DNA of 64,000 nucleotides from Candidatus Latescibacterota bacterium (lineage in GTDB: Bacteria; Latescibacterota; UBA2968; UBA8231): NCBI GenBank assembly GCA_965243025.1, contig CBDETY010000003.1, positions 192,001-256,000 on the forward strand, given 5' to 3'. The position numbers and the translations under genes were made by a program. Under the pieces are notes generated by a model. The model worked only from the letters and a program-made list of their open reading frames with translations, searched no databases and was not told where the DNA came from. Shown here in pieces: positions 1 through 13,102 of this stretch (positions are counted from its first letter, which is position 1; each line of letters opens with the position of its first letter).

Positions 1-2
1 AC

Positions 3-704
3 GTCGTCGTCCCGGTCTCTTCCCCTGCAGCCGCGGAGATGGTCAAGCTGCTGGAGAACACCTACCGCTCCGTCAACGTCGGACTGGTGAACGAGATCGC
101 CCTGATCTGCGACCGGCTCGGACTCGACGTCTGGGAGATCATCGAGGCCGCCGCGACCAAGCCGTTCGGTTTCATGCAGTTCTTCCCCGGCCCCGGGTTG
201 GGGGGGCACTGCCTGCCGATAGATCCTCTCTACCTTTCCTGGAAGATGCGCAGCCTGGATTACGAGACGAGATTCATCGATCTCGCGGACAAGGTGAACG
301 CGCACATGCCTCTTCACGTGATGGAGAAGGTCACCGACGCCCTGAACGAAGAGGGGCGGGCGGTGAAGGGGTCGCAGGTGCTGGTCATCGGCGTCGCTTA
401 CAAGGCGGATGTCGACGACGTCCGCGAGAGTCCCGCGGTGCGCATAATCGAGCTGCTGCGGCGCCGGGGGGCGGAGGTCTCCTACCACGACCCCCACGTC
501 CCCAGGCTCGAGGTCGAATACGGGGACGACCTCGTCTCCGTCGGACTGGACAGGAAGTCACTCGAAGCGGCCGACTGCGTCGTGATAGTCACGGCGCACT
601 CGGAGTGCGACTGGCGCCGGGTCGGGAAACAGGCGCGGCTGATCGTCGACACGCGCAACGTCCTGGGTGCGCTCGGGACCAGGGCGAAAGTCAGGGGGCT
701 GTGA
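3..704 (+). CDS. Nucleotide-sugar dehydrogenase (UDP-glucose/GDP-mannose dehydrogenase family, WecC/WbpA-like), 5'-partial
   Basis: KLLENTYRSVN, PGPGLGGHCLPIDP catalytic Cys motif, AYKADVDDVRESP; frame open to the window edge. Confidence 0.92.
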   Translation, partial: VVVPVSSPAAAEMVKLLENTYRSVNVGLVNEIALICDRLGLDVWEIIEAAATKPFGFMQFFPGPGLGGHCLPIDPLYLSWKMRSLDYETRFIDLADKVNAHMPLHVMEKVTDALNEEGRAVKGSQVLVIGVAYKADVDDVRESPAVRIIELLRRRGAEVSYHDPHVPRLEVEYGDDLVSVGLDRKSLEAADCVVIVTAHSECDWRRVGKQARLIVDTRNVLGALGTRAKVRGL

Positions 705-1726
705 GCACCGCGGGCGAACGGACGACGCTGGCCTGCGTGGGAGCCGGTTACTGGGGCAGGAACTTGGTGCGGGTGTTCGCCGGGCTTCCGGAAGTCCGTC
801 TGAAGACCGTGTGCGACGCCAACGCCGATATCCGCAAGGCGATGCGGGCGCAATACCCGGAGGTCGAGGCGGCCGCCTCCTTCGAGGAGGTGCTGTCCGA
901 CGGGGAGGTGGAGGCGGTGGTGCTGGCCGTGCCGGCGGTTCGCCACTTCGCCGCCGCTCGCGCGGCCCTGGAGGCGGGCAAGCACGTGTTCGTCGAAAAG
1001 CCGATGACGCTGTCCGGCGGCGAGGCCGAGGAACTGGTGGAGCTGGGAGAAAGGCAGGGCCGCACCCTCATGGTCGGACACCTGCTCGAGTACCACCCCG
1101 CGGTCGAGTTCCTGCGGGAGATCATCTCCCTGGGGGAGCTGGGAGAGATCTACTACCTCTACTCGCAGCGGGTGAACCTCGGAATCGTGCGGCGGGATGA
1201 AAACGCCTTGTGGAGCTTCGCTCCCCACGACCTGTCGGTGATTCTCTACCTGCTGGGTCAGGTTCCCGACTCGGTGAGCGCCCGCGGCGAGTCCTACCTG
1301 CAGCAGGGAGTGGAAGACGTCGTTTTCGTCAACCTGCATTTTCCCGACGGCAAGATGGCGCAGCTGCAGCTGTCCTGGCTGGACCCGCACAAGATCCGCA
1401 AGCTCACCATCGTGGGAAGCCGCAAGATGGCGGTGTTCGACGACATGGAGAGCACCGAGAAGGTGCGCATCTACGACAAGGCGGCGGAGCGGGAGGAGTA
1501 CGAGAGCTACGGCGATGCCATTACCCTGCGGATGGGGGACATCGTGATCCCCCACATCCACATGGCCGAGCCGCTGCGCCTCGAGGCGCAGCATTTTGCC
1601 GAATGCATCCGCTCCGGGAAGCCCCCCCGCAGCGACGGGCGTGACGGCCTGCGCGTGGTGCGGGTGCTGGAAGCCGCCCAGAAATCCCTGCAGGAGGACG
1701 GAGCGCCGCAACGGCTCCCGCGGTAG
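701..1726 (+). CDS. Gfo/Idh/MocA family NAD-dependent oxidoreductase (WbpB/WlbA-like)
   Basis: GAGYWG Rossmann motif, HVFVEKP, GHLLEYHP; GTG start at 701 overlaps upstream TGA. Confidence 0.88.
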   Translation: MSTAGERTTLACVGAGYWGRNLVRVFAGLPEVRLKTVCDANADIRKAMRAQYPEVEAAASFEEVLSDGEVEAVVLAVPAVRHFAAARAALEAGKHVFVEKPMTLSGGEAEELVELGERQGRTLMVGHLLEYHPAVEFLREIISLGELGEIYYLYSQRVNLGIVRRDENALWSFAPHDLSVILYLLGQVPDSVSARGESYLQQGVEDVVFVNLHFPDGKMAQLQLSWLDPHKIRKLTIVGSRKMAVFDDMESTEKVRIYDKAAEREEYESYGDAITLRMGDIVIPHIHMAEPLRLEAQHFAECIRSGKPPRSDGRDGLRVVRVLEAAQKSLQEDGAPQRLPR

Positions 1727-1732
1727 CAGGCA

Positions 1733-2518
1733 GTGGAAGCTCTGAACGGGATCGCCCGGGAGGGATTCTGCGTGCTAGAGGGGGTGATCCCCCCCGGTGC
1801 CGTCGAAGAAGTGCGCGACAGCGTTCTGGCGACGGCCGCGGCGCACAAGGTCGCCGATCCGCGCAGCCGCCTCGACAAGGTTTCCGGCCTCATCAACTTC
1901 GACCAGTCCTTTGCCCCATTCCTGGCAGAGCCTCGCCTCCTGGGGCTGTGCAAGGCCCTGCTCGGGGAGCACGTGCGGGTGTCGTACACCACCTGCATGG
2001 TGACTCACCCGGGCAACGAACGCGGCGCCTGGCACGCGGACTGGCCGTTCAATCAGCAGAACGCCGGGCGCGTCAAGGCCCCGTACCCCGACGCCGTGCT
2101 GCACCTGACCACGATCTGGATGCTCACCCCCTTCACCGCGGATACGGGCACCCTCGTGGTGCCGGGATCCCACCGGCGCCCCGACAACCCTTCCGGAGAC
2201 GCCGGCGTCGATCCGCACCGGTCCCACCCGGAGGAGGTCGCCGTGGAGGGGGATGCCGGCTCCGTGCTCGTCATGGACAGCAGACTGTGGCACGCCATCA
2301 GTCCCAACCGGTCGGGCGAGTCCCGCGTCGCCCTGCCGATCCGCTTCGCCCCGTGGTGGCTGAACCTCGACTCGCTGCGGCCCGGATCCGACGAGCGCCG
2401 GCGGCTGACCGCCGGCGGGCTGTCGGAGAACGTGGTGCCGCTGGTGCCCGCCGAGGTGTTCGCCCGCCTGCCCGAAGGGGCGAAGCCCCTCTTCCGCCAC
2501 TGGGTGGACCGCTCCTGA
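1733..2518 (+). CDS. Phytanoyl-CoA dioxygenase (PhyH) family Fe(II)/2-oxoglutarate dioxygenase
   Basis: WHAD (HxD), VVPGSH, distal LWHA, SRVAL. Confidence 0.88.
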   Translation: MEALNGIAREGFCVLEGVIPPGAVEEVRDSVLATAAAHKVADPRSRLDKVSGLINFDQSFAPFLAEPRLLGLCKALLGEHVRVSYTTCMVTHPGNERGAWHADWPFNQQNAGRVKAPYPDAVLHLTTIWMLTPFTADTGTLVVPGSHRRPDNPSGDAGVDPHRSHPEEVAVEGDAGSVLVMDSRLWHAISPNRSGESRVALPIRFAPWWLNLDSLRPGSDERRRLTAGGLSENVVPLVPAEVFARLPEGAKPLFRHWVDRS

Positions 2519-2673
2519 GGGGAAGATACCCGGGCCGCACAATCGCGCGGTCGCAACCGGCGGGGAGCAGAGCTCCTCCCGTGGATCGATTGGATCGATG
2601 CCCGCGGGCTGTCTGCGGCGCTGAGTCCCTCTTCAGGGCACATCGTGTCGCTGACAGGAGGGAAGGACGGCAC

Positions 2674-2705
2674 AAAAAAAGGCGCCCGAGCCTCGCCCGG
2701 CGCCT
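2674..2705 (-). terminator. Rho-independent terminator after tRNA-Met
   Basis: minus strand AGGCGCC...GGCGCCT stem followed by a T run. Confidence 0.7.
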
Positions 2706-2721
2706 GGGAAACTGCTTTCGG

Positions 2722-2798
2722 TGGTAGCGGCGGAGGGACTCGAACCCCCGACACGTGGATTATGATTCCACTGCTCTAACCAACTGAGCTACGCCGCC
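2722..2798 (-). tRNA. tRNA-Met (CAT), elongator type
   Basis: GGCGGCGTAGCTCAGTTGGTTAGAGCA-GTGGA-ATCATAA-TCCAC...GGTTCGAGTCC...CGCCGCTACCA; encoded CCA. Confidence 0.95.
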
Positions 2799-2809
2799 CC
2801 GGAAATCCG

Positions 2810-2838
2810 AACCTAGGCGGCCCCCCTTTCCCTGTCAA
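2810..2838 (-). promoter_or_regulatory. Putative sigma70 promoter of tRNA-Met
   Basis: TTGACA-N17-TAGGTT immediately upstream of the tRNA. Confidence 0.6.
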
Positions 2839-2876
2839 CAAAGGAACCGGGGGGAAACCCGGGATCAACCCGCTCT

Positions 2877-5801
<2,925 letters not shown>

Positions 5802-6032
5802 GCTGGTTGCCCGGTGGTGACTGAAGGGGGGGGGGAGGGAGCCGGATGCGGAGAGAAGAGCATAACGGTTCGGCAACCCTGGCGTCAATCGGGTGACAGG
5901 AACGCCCCGGGAACCCGCTTCGGGACCGTATGTGAGGAGGCGGAGAGGACAGAACCATTCGTCGAAGGGCGATTCCGTGCCGGACGGGCTCGGTTTCCCG
6001 CCGGGCACGCTTGTTGATGAGATCTCCATTCA

Positions 6033-6842
6033 ATGGCCAGCCACGACTCAACCGAGTCCCATGACTGCGGGGCACCGGATACAATGGCGGCGCGGATCGC
6101 ACACACTCTCCGCACCGGGGCCGGCTGTCTTCTCGATTTCGTCTACCCGCCCCACTGCGCCGTCTGCCGGGCTCCCGTCGATTCGGTGGACCGGCCCCTG
6201 TGCTCCTCCTGCTGCGACGAGATCGTCCGCCCGCCCGCGAACCGCTGTCCACGCTGCAGTTGCCCGCGGAATCACCCGTCGCCTGGAGACGGTGGTTCAG
6301 GCCCGAACGACTGTCCCCAGTGCGGGAACTGGCCTCAGGCGATCGAGCGCGCCCTGGTTCTGGGGCCGTTCGCCGGCGTCCTGAGGGAGGCCGTCCACGC
6401 CATCAAGTTCGCCGGCCACCGCCGGCTGGCCGTGGAGCTGGGGAGACGCCTGGCCGTCCTGCCCGAGTTCGAGCAGTTCGGCGGTATCGACCTGCTGGTC
6501 CCGGTGCCGCTGCACCCTGCCCGGCAGCGGGAGCGCGGGTTCAACCAGAGCCTGCTGATTGCGCGAGGGATCGCTGCGGCCAGCGGGAAGCCTGTCGTGA
6601 CCGACAGGGTCAGGAGAGTAAAGGCGACCCGTCAGCAGGCGATGTTGACTGCGGCGCAACGGGCGGCCAACCTCAGCTCCGCCTTCGCCGCCTCCCCCAT
6701 GCCTGCGGGGGTTGTCGCAGGCCTTGTTGACGATGTGGTAACCACGGGTTCGACCGTCGGGGCATGCGCCGAACCCCTCGCTGCCCGAGGGGGTTCGGTG
6801 GTCGTACTGGCTCTCGCCAACGCACCTGTGCAGGAAGCCTGA
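6033..6842 (+). CDS. comF: ComF family protein (double zinc ribbon + phosphoribosyltransferase domain)
   Basis: CxxC pairs, VPVPLH..R..ERGFNQS, VDDVVTTGST; alternative start 6084. Confidence 0.88.
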   Translation: MASHDSTESHDCGAPDTMAARIAHTLRTGAGCLLDFVYPPHCAVCRAPVDSVDRPLCSSCCDEIVRPPANRCPRCSCPRNHPSPGDGGSGPNDCPQCGNWPQAIERALVLGPFAGVLREAVHAIKFAGHRRLAVELGRRLAVLPEFEQFGGIDLLVPVPLHPARQRERGFNQSLLIARGIAAASGKPVVTDRVRRVKATRQQAMLTAAQRAANLSSAFAASPMPAGVVAGLVDDVVTTGSTVGACAEPLAARGGSVVVLALANAPVQEA

Positions 6843-6858
6843 GCGCCACCTCCCCGGC

Positions 6859-6887
6859 TTGACGCTACCTGCAGGCCGCGATAGAAT
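6859..6887 (+). promoter_or_regulatory. Putative sigma70 promoter of the pfkA operon
   Basis: TTGACG-N17-TAGAAT. Confidence 0.65.
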
Positions 6888-7036
6888 TGCGGCCATTTGC
6901 ACCCCCTGCCAGAGCCGTTCTTCCGGGCGCCATCGAAAGCCCCGCGGTTGCGGCGGGGCGCGAAGGAGAGCAAGGATCCTTCGCCTTCCTGCTGATGGAA
7001 GGAACCCTTCGAGAGGGGGTCCTTCCGGGAATTTCG

Positions 7037-8104
7037 ATGGATATCGCGGATCCAAGAGTGGAATTGCCGAAAAAGACTGTCGGGATTCTGACCGGAGGCG
7101 GCGACTGTCCTGGACTGAATGCCGTCATCCGCGCCGCGGTCCGCAAGGGAATTGTCGAGTACGGGTATCGCTTTCGCGGCGTGCTCCTCGGTTGGAGGGG
7201 AATGCTCGAGTGCCAATGGCTGCCCCTTGGGCTGGAGGAGATCTCCGGCATTCTGCCGCGCGGCGGGACCATCCTGGGCACCTCGAGAACAAACCCGTTC
7301 AAGGATCCGGACGGCGGCGATATCGTCGTCGAAAACATGAAACGGATGAAGCTGGACGCCCTGATCGCCATAGGGGGAGAGGACACCCTTTCGGTAGCGG
7401 ATCAACTCACGGAGATGGAGGCTCCGGTGATCGGCGTCCCGAAGACAATCGACAACGACATCAGCAAAACGGATTACACCTTCGGTTTCGACACGGCGGT
7501 CAACATCGTCACCGAAGCCCTGGACCGCATCCATACCACCGCCGAGTCCCACAACCGGGTAATGGTAGTCGAGGTGATGGGAAGGCAAAGCGGCTGGATC
7601 GCCGTCCACGCCGGCATCGCCGGGGGCGCGGACATGATCCTGATTCCCGAGCAGGCGTACTCGATCACCGAGATCGTCGAGTCGATTCAGAAGCGCCACG
7701 AGCGCGGGAAAGATTTCAGCATTGTCGTCGTGGCGGAAGGAGTGAAGATCGAGGGGACGAACGACCACGTGGTTTTTTCACGGGGCAAGGACGAGTTCGG
7801 CCACGTGAAACTGGGCGGCGTGGGACACCTCGTGGGGGAGGAGATCGAAAAGCGGACGGGCTACGAGACCAGGGTCACCGTGCTGGGTCATCTGCAGCGC
7901 GGCGGCACTCCGACTGCCTTCGATCGCGTTCTGGGGACGCGGTTCGGGATCGCCGCCATAGACCTGGTTGCCGCCGGCGATTTCGGCATGATGGTCAGCC
8001 TGCAGGGCAATCAGGTCGTGCCCATTCCTCTCGCGGAAGGGGTCGGAGAGCTGAAGATGGTGGGTGAGGATCTTTTCGACATCGCGCGAGTATTTTTCGG
8101 GTGA
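7037..8104 (+). CDS. pfkA: 6-phosphofructokinase
   Basis: TGGGDCPGLN, GGTILGTSR, PKTIDND, EVMGR, LGHLQRGG; start uncertain (7037-7064). Confidence 0.95.
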   Translation: MDIADPRVELPKKTVGILTGGGDCPGLNAVIRAAVRKGIVEYGYRFRGVLLGWRGMLECQWLPLGLEEISGILPRGGTILGTSRTNPFKDPDGGDIVVENMKRMKLDALIAIGGEDTLSVADQLTEMEAPVIGVPKTIDNDISKTDYTFGFDTAVNIVTEALDRIHTTAESHNRVMVVEVMGRQSGWIAVHAGIAGGADMILIPEQAYSITEIVESIQKRHERGKDFSIVVVAEGVKIEGTNDHVVFSRGKDEFGHVKLGGVGHLVGEEIEKRTGYETRVTVLGHLQRGGTPTAFDRVLGTRFGIAAIDLVAAGDFGMMVSLQGNQVVPIPLAEGVGELKMVGEDLFDIARVFFG

Positions 8105-8168
8105 TGCAGTGAATTCAAATCTGTATTTTTGGAATTGCGCGGCGGGGCGATAGCCCGCGGAGACACCC

Positions 8169-9368
8169 ATGCCGAAAAGAACGATTGACGACATCGATGT
8201 AGCCGGCAGGCGCGTCCTTGTGCGTGTCGATTTCAATGTGCCGATAGACGCCGACCGGAACATTACCGACGACACCCGCGTCAAGGCGGCGCTTCCCACC
8301 CTCTGGCATCTTCTGGAGAAGGGGGCTTCGCTCGTGTTGATGTCCCATCTCGGCCGCCCGAGGGGACAGCACCGGCCCGACCTCACGCTCGCACCAGTCG
8401 CCAGCCTGTTGCATCAGCTTCTGGGGACCTCGGTCCATCTCGCCCCGGACTGCATCGGGGAAGAAACCCGGCGCATGGTTGCCGATCTCAAGCCGGGGCA
8501 GGTGATCCTGCTCGAGAACCTGCGCTTTCACCCCGAAGAAGAGGAGAACGACCCCGATTTCGCGCGACAGCTGGGCGCCCTCGGCGATCTCTACGTCAAC
8601 GACGCATTCGGCGCCGCCCACCGCGCCCACGCTTCCACGGAGGGGGTAACTCACTACTTCGACGAGGCGGTCAGCGGCTACCTGATGAAAAAGGAGCTGC
8701 AGTACCTCCAGGACGCGATTGCCGATCCCCAGAGGCCCTTTGTCGCCATCCTGGGGGGTGCGAAGGTGTCGGACAAGATCGAGGTGGTCCGCAACCTGAT
8801 GTCCAAGGTGGACAGCCTGCTCATCGGCGGCGGCATGTCGTACACCTTTCTCAAAGCACAGGGCCTGGAGATCGGCGGTTCCCTCTTCGATCCGGAGTCC
8901 GTGTCCACCGCAGGTGAACTGTTGAGCCGGGCGCAAAACAGCGGCGTCGAGTTGCTCCTCCCTGTCGACCTCGTCGTCGCCTCCCGCATCGCCGCCGGCG
9001 CCGATACCGGGATAGTCGCCGCCGACGCCATACCCGAAGACCTGCAGGGCCTGGATGTCGGACCCGAAACGAGCGCGCTTTTCGAAGACCGGGCCGGAAA
9101 GGCGGGGACCGTCGTCTGGAACGGGCCCCTGGGTGTTTTCGAGGTGGAGCCCTTCGCGAAGGCCACGCTCTCGATGGCCCGCTGCCTGGAACGGGCCGGC
9201 TGGGAATCGGGTGCGGTGACCATCATCGGGGGAGGGGATACTGCCGCCGCCGTGGCGCGGGCAGGGGTCGCCGACCGCATGACCCACGTTTCAACCGGGG
9301 GAGGCGCTTCGCTCGAATGCCTCGCCGGTCTCGAACTTCCCGGCGCGGCGGCTCTTTCAGACGCCTAG
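8169..9368 (+). CDS. pgk: Phosphoglycerate kinase
   Basis: RVDFNVP, SHLGRP, ENLRF, NDAFGAAHRAHAS, HVSTGGGASLE. Confidence 0.97.
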   Translation: MPKRTIDDIDVAGRRVLVRVDFNVPIDADRNITDDTRVKAALPTLWHLLEKGASLVLMSHLGRPRGQHRPDLTLAPVASLLHQLLGTSVHLAPDCIGEETRRMVADLKPGQVILLENLRFHPEEEENDPDFARQLGALGDLYVNDAFGAAHRAHASTEGVTHYFDEAVSGYLMKKELQYLQDAIADPQRPFVAILGGAKVSDKIEVVRNLMSKVDSLLIGGGMSYTFLKAQGLEIGGSLFDPESVSTAGELLSRAQNSGVELLLPVDLVVASRIAAGADTGIVAADAIPEDLQGLDVGPETSALFEDRAGKAGTVVWNGPLGVFEVEPFAKATLSMARCLERAGWESGAVTIIGGGDTAAAVARAGVADRMTHVSTGGGASLECLAGLELPGAAALSDA

Positions 9369-9406
9369 CGGCCTGCATTTTTGAATGCAGCGGTCCGATC
9401 CCACCC

Positions 9407-10168
9407 ATGAAGCGCCGTCCCCTGGTTGCCGGAAACTGGAAGATGCACAACACCGGTCCGGATGCCGCTGCCCTGGCAGCGGATCTGCGCCGGCGCATCG
9501 AGGCGTTCTGCGACTATCGCGACGTTGTTGTCTGCCCTCCGTCCACCTCTTTGACGGAGGTCCGGGAGGCCTTGAAAGAGAGCGCGATCTCTCTCGGAGC
9601 ACAGAACATGCACTGGGAAGAAGCCGGGGCTTTTACCGGCGAGGTCTCGGCTCCCATGTTGTTGACCAGTGGTTGCACTCACGTTATAATTGGTCACTCT
9701 GAAAGACGGCAGTTGTTCGGCGATACCGACGCGGCCGTCAATCGGAAACTGGGGGCGGCGTTGCACTTCGGCCTCACTCCTCTCGTATGCATCGGTGAAA
9801 CGCTGGCCGAGCGAGAGGCCGGCCGCACCGAGGCAGTGGTTCTCGGGCAGTTGCAGGCGGCCCTGAAAGAGATTCCCTCCGACGACATCCCGCGAAGCGT
9901 TATCGCCTACGAGCCGGTCTGGGCCATCGGCACCGGAAAAACGGCCACCCCCGGGCAGGCGGACGACGTTCACCGAATGATCAGAGATTCAATTCGCCAG
10001 AACCGGGGCGAACGCGTGGCAGAGCGAGTCCGCATTCTGTACGGCGGTAGCGTCAAACCCGACAACGCCGGGGATCTCTTCGCCCGCGAAAACATCGATG
10101 GCGGCCTCGTTGGCGGAGCCTCCCTTGAAGCGGGGAGTTTTGCCGGGATAGTCCTCGCCGCGGAGTGA
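9407..10168 (+). CDS. tpiA: Triosephosphate isomerase
   Basis: [36 protein letters not shown]. Confidence 0.97.
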   Translation: MKRRPLVAGNWKMHNTGPDAAALAADLRRRIEAFCDYRDVVVCPPSTSLTEVREALKESAISLGAQNMHWEEAGAFTGEVSAPMLLTSGCTHVIIGHSERRQLFGDTDAAVNRKLGAALHFGLTPLVCIGETLAEREAGRTEAVVLGQLQAALKEIPSDDIPRSVIAYEPVWAIGTGKTATPGQADDVHRMIRDSIRQNRGERVAERVRILYGGSVKPDNAGDLFARENIDGGLVGGASLEAGSFAGIVLAAE

Positions 10169-10172
10169 CCTC

Positions 10173-10571
10173 ATGATTGTCCTGCTTACGATTCTTCACG
10201 TTCTGATCGCCATCCTCCTCATCGTTGCCGTGCTTATGCAATCCGGCAAGGGCGGCGGCCTTGCGGCCTCCGTGGGAGGAGGGTTGAGTTCCTCCTCGGT
10301 CCTCGGCGGCCGCACCGCGGCGACCTTTCTGACGAAAACCACCAGCGCCCTAGCCACCGCATTCCTGGTCAGCTGCCTCGTGCAGTCGTTCATGTGGAGA
10401 ACCTCCGACGAACAGCCGATGACGGCTACCGAAAGAATGCTGCAAGAAGGAGGAATGCCGCAGAGTCAGCTTCCGGATTTCCAGGAAACTGTCGGCGAGG
10501 GTGTGGAGAATCCGTCCGTGCTCGGCGGCGGAACCGGGGCCGCGGCGGGGAGCGAAGGCTCGGAGGAGTAG
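10173..10571 (+). CDS. secG: Preprotein translocase subunit SecG
   Basis: two TM helices around LMQSGKGGGL...GGRTAATFLTKTT; tpiA-secG-tRNA-Leu synteny. Confidence 0.92.
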   Translation: MIVLLTILHVLIAILLIVAVLMQSGKGGGLAASVGGGLSSSSVLGGRTAATFLTKTTSALATAFLVSCLVQSFMWRTSDEQPMTATERMLQEGGMPQSQLPDFQETVGEGVENPSVLGGGTGAAAGSEGSEE

Positions 10572-10597
10572 ACGATCTCCGGGGATTTCGGAATCGT

Positions 10598-10682
10598 GCG
10601 GAAGTGGTGGAACTGGTAGACACGCTGTCTTGAGGGGGCAGTGCCTTCGGGCGTCGGGGTTCGAATCCCCGCTTCCGCACCA
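10598..10682 (+). tRNA. tRNA-Leu (GAG)
   Basis: GCGGAAGTGGTGGAACTGGTAGACACG..TTGAGGG..long variable arm..GGTTCGAATCC..CTTCCGCACCA. Confidence 0.95.
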
Positions 10683-10705
10683 TTAAATCCAGCCCATACG
10701 AGAAA

Positions 10706-13027
10706 GTGAGCGACATGGCAACGAATCCACGGTATCCCGACTACACCAGCGGCGGCAAGTACAAGGTCATCGGCACCCGTCCGGTCCGCCATGACGGCCA
10801 CGACAAGGTGACCGGCCGCGCGGTCTACGGGGCAGACGTAAGGCTTCCCGATACCCTCTACGGCAAGGTGCTGCGCAGTCCCCACGCACACGCCCGCATC
10901 CTTTCCATCGACACGAGCAAAGCCCTCGAGGTCGATGGGGTACGGGCGGTCGCCACCGCCGACGACCTCGTCGAGACGGTCGACAAGCTGTCCGACATCG
11001 GCGAAACCCTCGTCAACATCCGCGAGATCGCCCAGAACAGCCTCGCTTCGGACAAGGTTCTGTACAAGGGCCACGCGGTGGCCGCGGTCGCGGCGACGAG
11101 CCCGCACATCGCCGAAGAGGCGCTGGCCCTGATCGACGTCGAGTACGAGCCCCTGCCGGCCGTCGTCGACGTGCGCGAAGCGATGGAAGAGGGGGCCCCG
11201 CTGCTCGACGAAAACCGCACCACCCAGTCGATGGGGGAGGATTCGGGCAGGAAGAGCAACGTCGCCAGCTACAACCAGCACAAGATGGGCGACCTCGAGA
11301 AAGGCTTTGCCGAGGCCGATGTCGTCGTCGAGAGGGAGTTTCACACCGCAACCGTTCACCAGGGTTACATCGAGCCCCACAACACGACCGTCTTCTGGAA
11401 AGAGGACGGCACGGTCACCGTCTGGGTGAGCACCCAGGGGCCGTTCCAGATCCGCGCCCAGCTTGCGGAAGTGCTGCAGCTGCCGATCTCGAAAGTCAAG
11501 GTGATCCCCTGCGAAATCGGCGGCGGGTTCGGCGGCAAATTCCCGATCTACATGGAACCGGCCGCCGCCGTGATGTCGCACAAGACCGGCCACCCGGTGA
11601 AGATGCTGATGAGCCGGAGCGAGGTGTTCGAGGCGACCGGTCCGGCCCCCGGGTCGTTCCAGCGGATCAGGATGGGGGCGACCAATGACGGCCGCCTCGT
11701 CGCCGCCGACTGCTACATGGTGTACGAGGCCGGCGCTTATCCCGGCTCTGCCGTCGGCGCCGGGGCCCAGTGCATTCTCGCCCCGTACAACATTCCCAAC
11801 GTCACCATCGACGCCTACGACGTCGTCGTCAACAAGCCGAAATCGAGCGCCTACCGCGCCCCGGGAGCTCCGAACGCCGCCTTCGCGTCCGAGACCGTGA
11901 TCGACGAGCTCGCCGAAAGGATCGGAATGGACCCGTTGGAGCTGCGGCGCCGGAACTCCGCCCGCGAGGGCACCCGCAGGGCCGACGGCACGGTCTACGG
12001 AGAGATCGGCTGCGAGGAAACGGTCGCCTCCATCGTCGACTCCGACCACTACCGGAGCCCGGTACCGAGCGGTCCAAACCAGGGCCGCGGAGTCGCCTCC
12101 GGTTTCTGGTTCAACGGCGGCGGGCAGTCGGCGGCGACCATCGTCGTGGCAACGGACGGCACCGTGACCCTGCAGGAAGGCTCGGCCGACATCGGCGGCA
12201 CGCGCGCCGCCATGGCGATGATCGTGGCCGAGACTCTCTGTCTCTCCGCCGACCAGGTGAACCCGATGGTGGTCGACACCGATTCGATCGGCTACACCGA
12301 CGGCACCGGCGGAAGCCGCGTCTGTTACGCGACCGGCCACGCCTGCTATCTCGCCGCCGAAGACGTCAAGGAGAAGATGCGGGTGCGCGCCGCCCTGCAG
12401 CTGGAGGTCGAGGAGGGGGACGTCGAGTTCGACAACGGCCGGTTCGTCTGCAAGTCCGATTCGGGCAAGGGGTTGACTTTCAACGAAGTCGCCGCGGAGC
12501 AGGGTTCGACCGGCGGTCCGATCGAGGGCACCGGGGCGATCAACGCTTCCGGTCCCGGAAATGCCTTCGCGACGCACGCCGTCGATGTCGAGGTCGACAC
12601 GGAGACCGGCAAGGTCCGCATCCTCCGCTACACCGCCGCCCAGGACGTCGGCAAGGCCATTCACCCTTCCTACGTGGAGGGGCAGATCCAGGGCGGCGTC
12701 GTCCAGGGGATCGGCTGGGCCCTTACCGAGGGGTATTTCTACGGCGATGACTGCACCATGGCGAACCCGACCTTCCTCGACTACCGCATGCCGACCACCC
12801 TCGACCTGCCGATGGTGGACTGCATACTGGTGGAGGTGAACAACCCGGCCAGCCCGCACGGGATCCGCGGCGTCGGGGAGGTTCCCCTGGTTCCTCCGAT
12901 GGCGGCGATCGCCAACGCCATCTACGATGCCGTCGGCGTCCGCCTCCGCGAGCTGCCGATGAGCCCGGACCGGGTCGTGGCGGCCCTGCAGCGGCACTCC
13001 GAGCAGTACCAGGAGGCCGCCGGCTGA
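10706..13027 (+). CDS. Xanthine dehydrogenase family molybdopterin-binding (large) subunit
   Basis: KVTGRAVY, RSPHAHARI, GGGFGGK, AYRAPG, VEGQIQGG, GVGE; start GTG 10706 or ATG 10715. Confidence 0.92.
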   Translation: MSDMATNPRYPDYTSGGKYKVIGTRPVRHDGHDKVTGRAVYGADVRLPDTLYGKVLRSPHAHARILSIDTSKALEVDGVRAVATADDLVETVDKLSDIGETLVNIREIAQNSLASDKVLYKGHAVAAVAATSPHIAEEALALIDVEYEPLPAVVDVREAMEEGAPLLDENRTTQSMGEDSGRKSNVASYNQHKMGDLEKGFAEADVVVEREFHTATVHQGYIEPHNTTVFWKEDGTVTVWVSTQGPFQIRAQLAEVLQLPISKVKVIPCEIGGGFGGKFPIYMEPAAAVMSHKTGHPVKMLMSRSEVFEATGPAPGSFQRIRMGATNDGRLVAADCYMVYEAGAYPGSAVGAGAQCILAPYNIPNVTIDAYDVVVNKPKSSAYRAPGAPNAAFASETVIDELAERIGMDPLELRRRNSAREGTRRADGTVYGEIGCEETVASIVDSDHYRSPVPSGPNQGRGVASGFWFNGGGQSAATIVVATDGTVTLQEGSADIGGTRAAMAMIVAETLCLSADQVNPMVVDTDSIGYTDGTGGSRVCYATGHACYLAAEDVKEKMRVRAALQLEVEEGDVEFDNGRFVCKSDSGKGLTFNEVAAEQGSTGGPIEGTGAINASGPGNAFATHAVDVEVDTETGKVRILRYTAAQDVGKAIHPSYVEGQIQGGVVQGIGWALTEGYFYGDDCTMANPTFLDYRMPTTLDLPMVDCILVEVNNPASPHGIRGVGEVPLVPPMAAIANAIYDAVGVRLRELPMSPDRVVAALQRHSEQYQEAAG

Positions 13028-13102
13028 GGGCGCGGAGCAGACAGCCTGTCCCGCCGGGGCCCCGGGAGTTCCTTCCCGGGGCCCGTTTCGTTAGGAACTC
13101 CC

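Noticed and set aside
2722-2798. A at position 32 of the tRNA-Met anticodon loop; initiator or Ile2 identity
   Set aside because: Paired first base and overall sequence fit an ordinary elongator Met; no island seen at this tRNA
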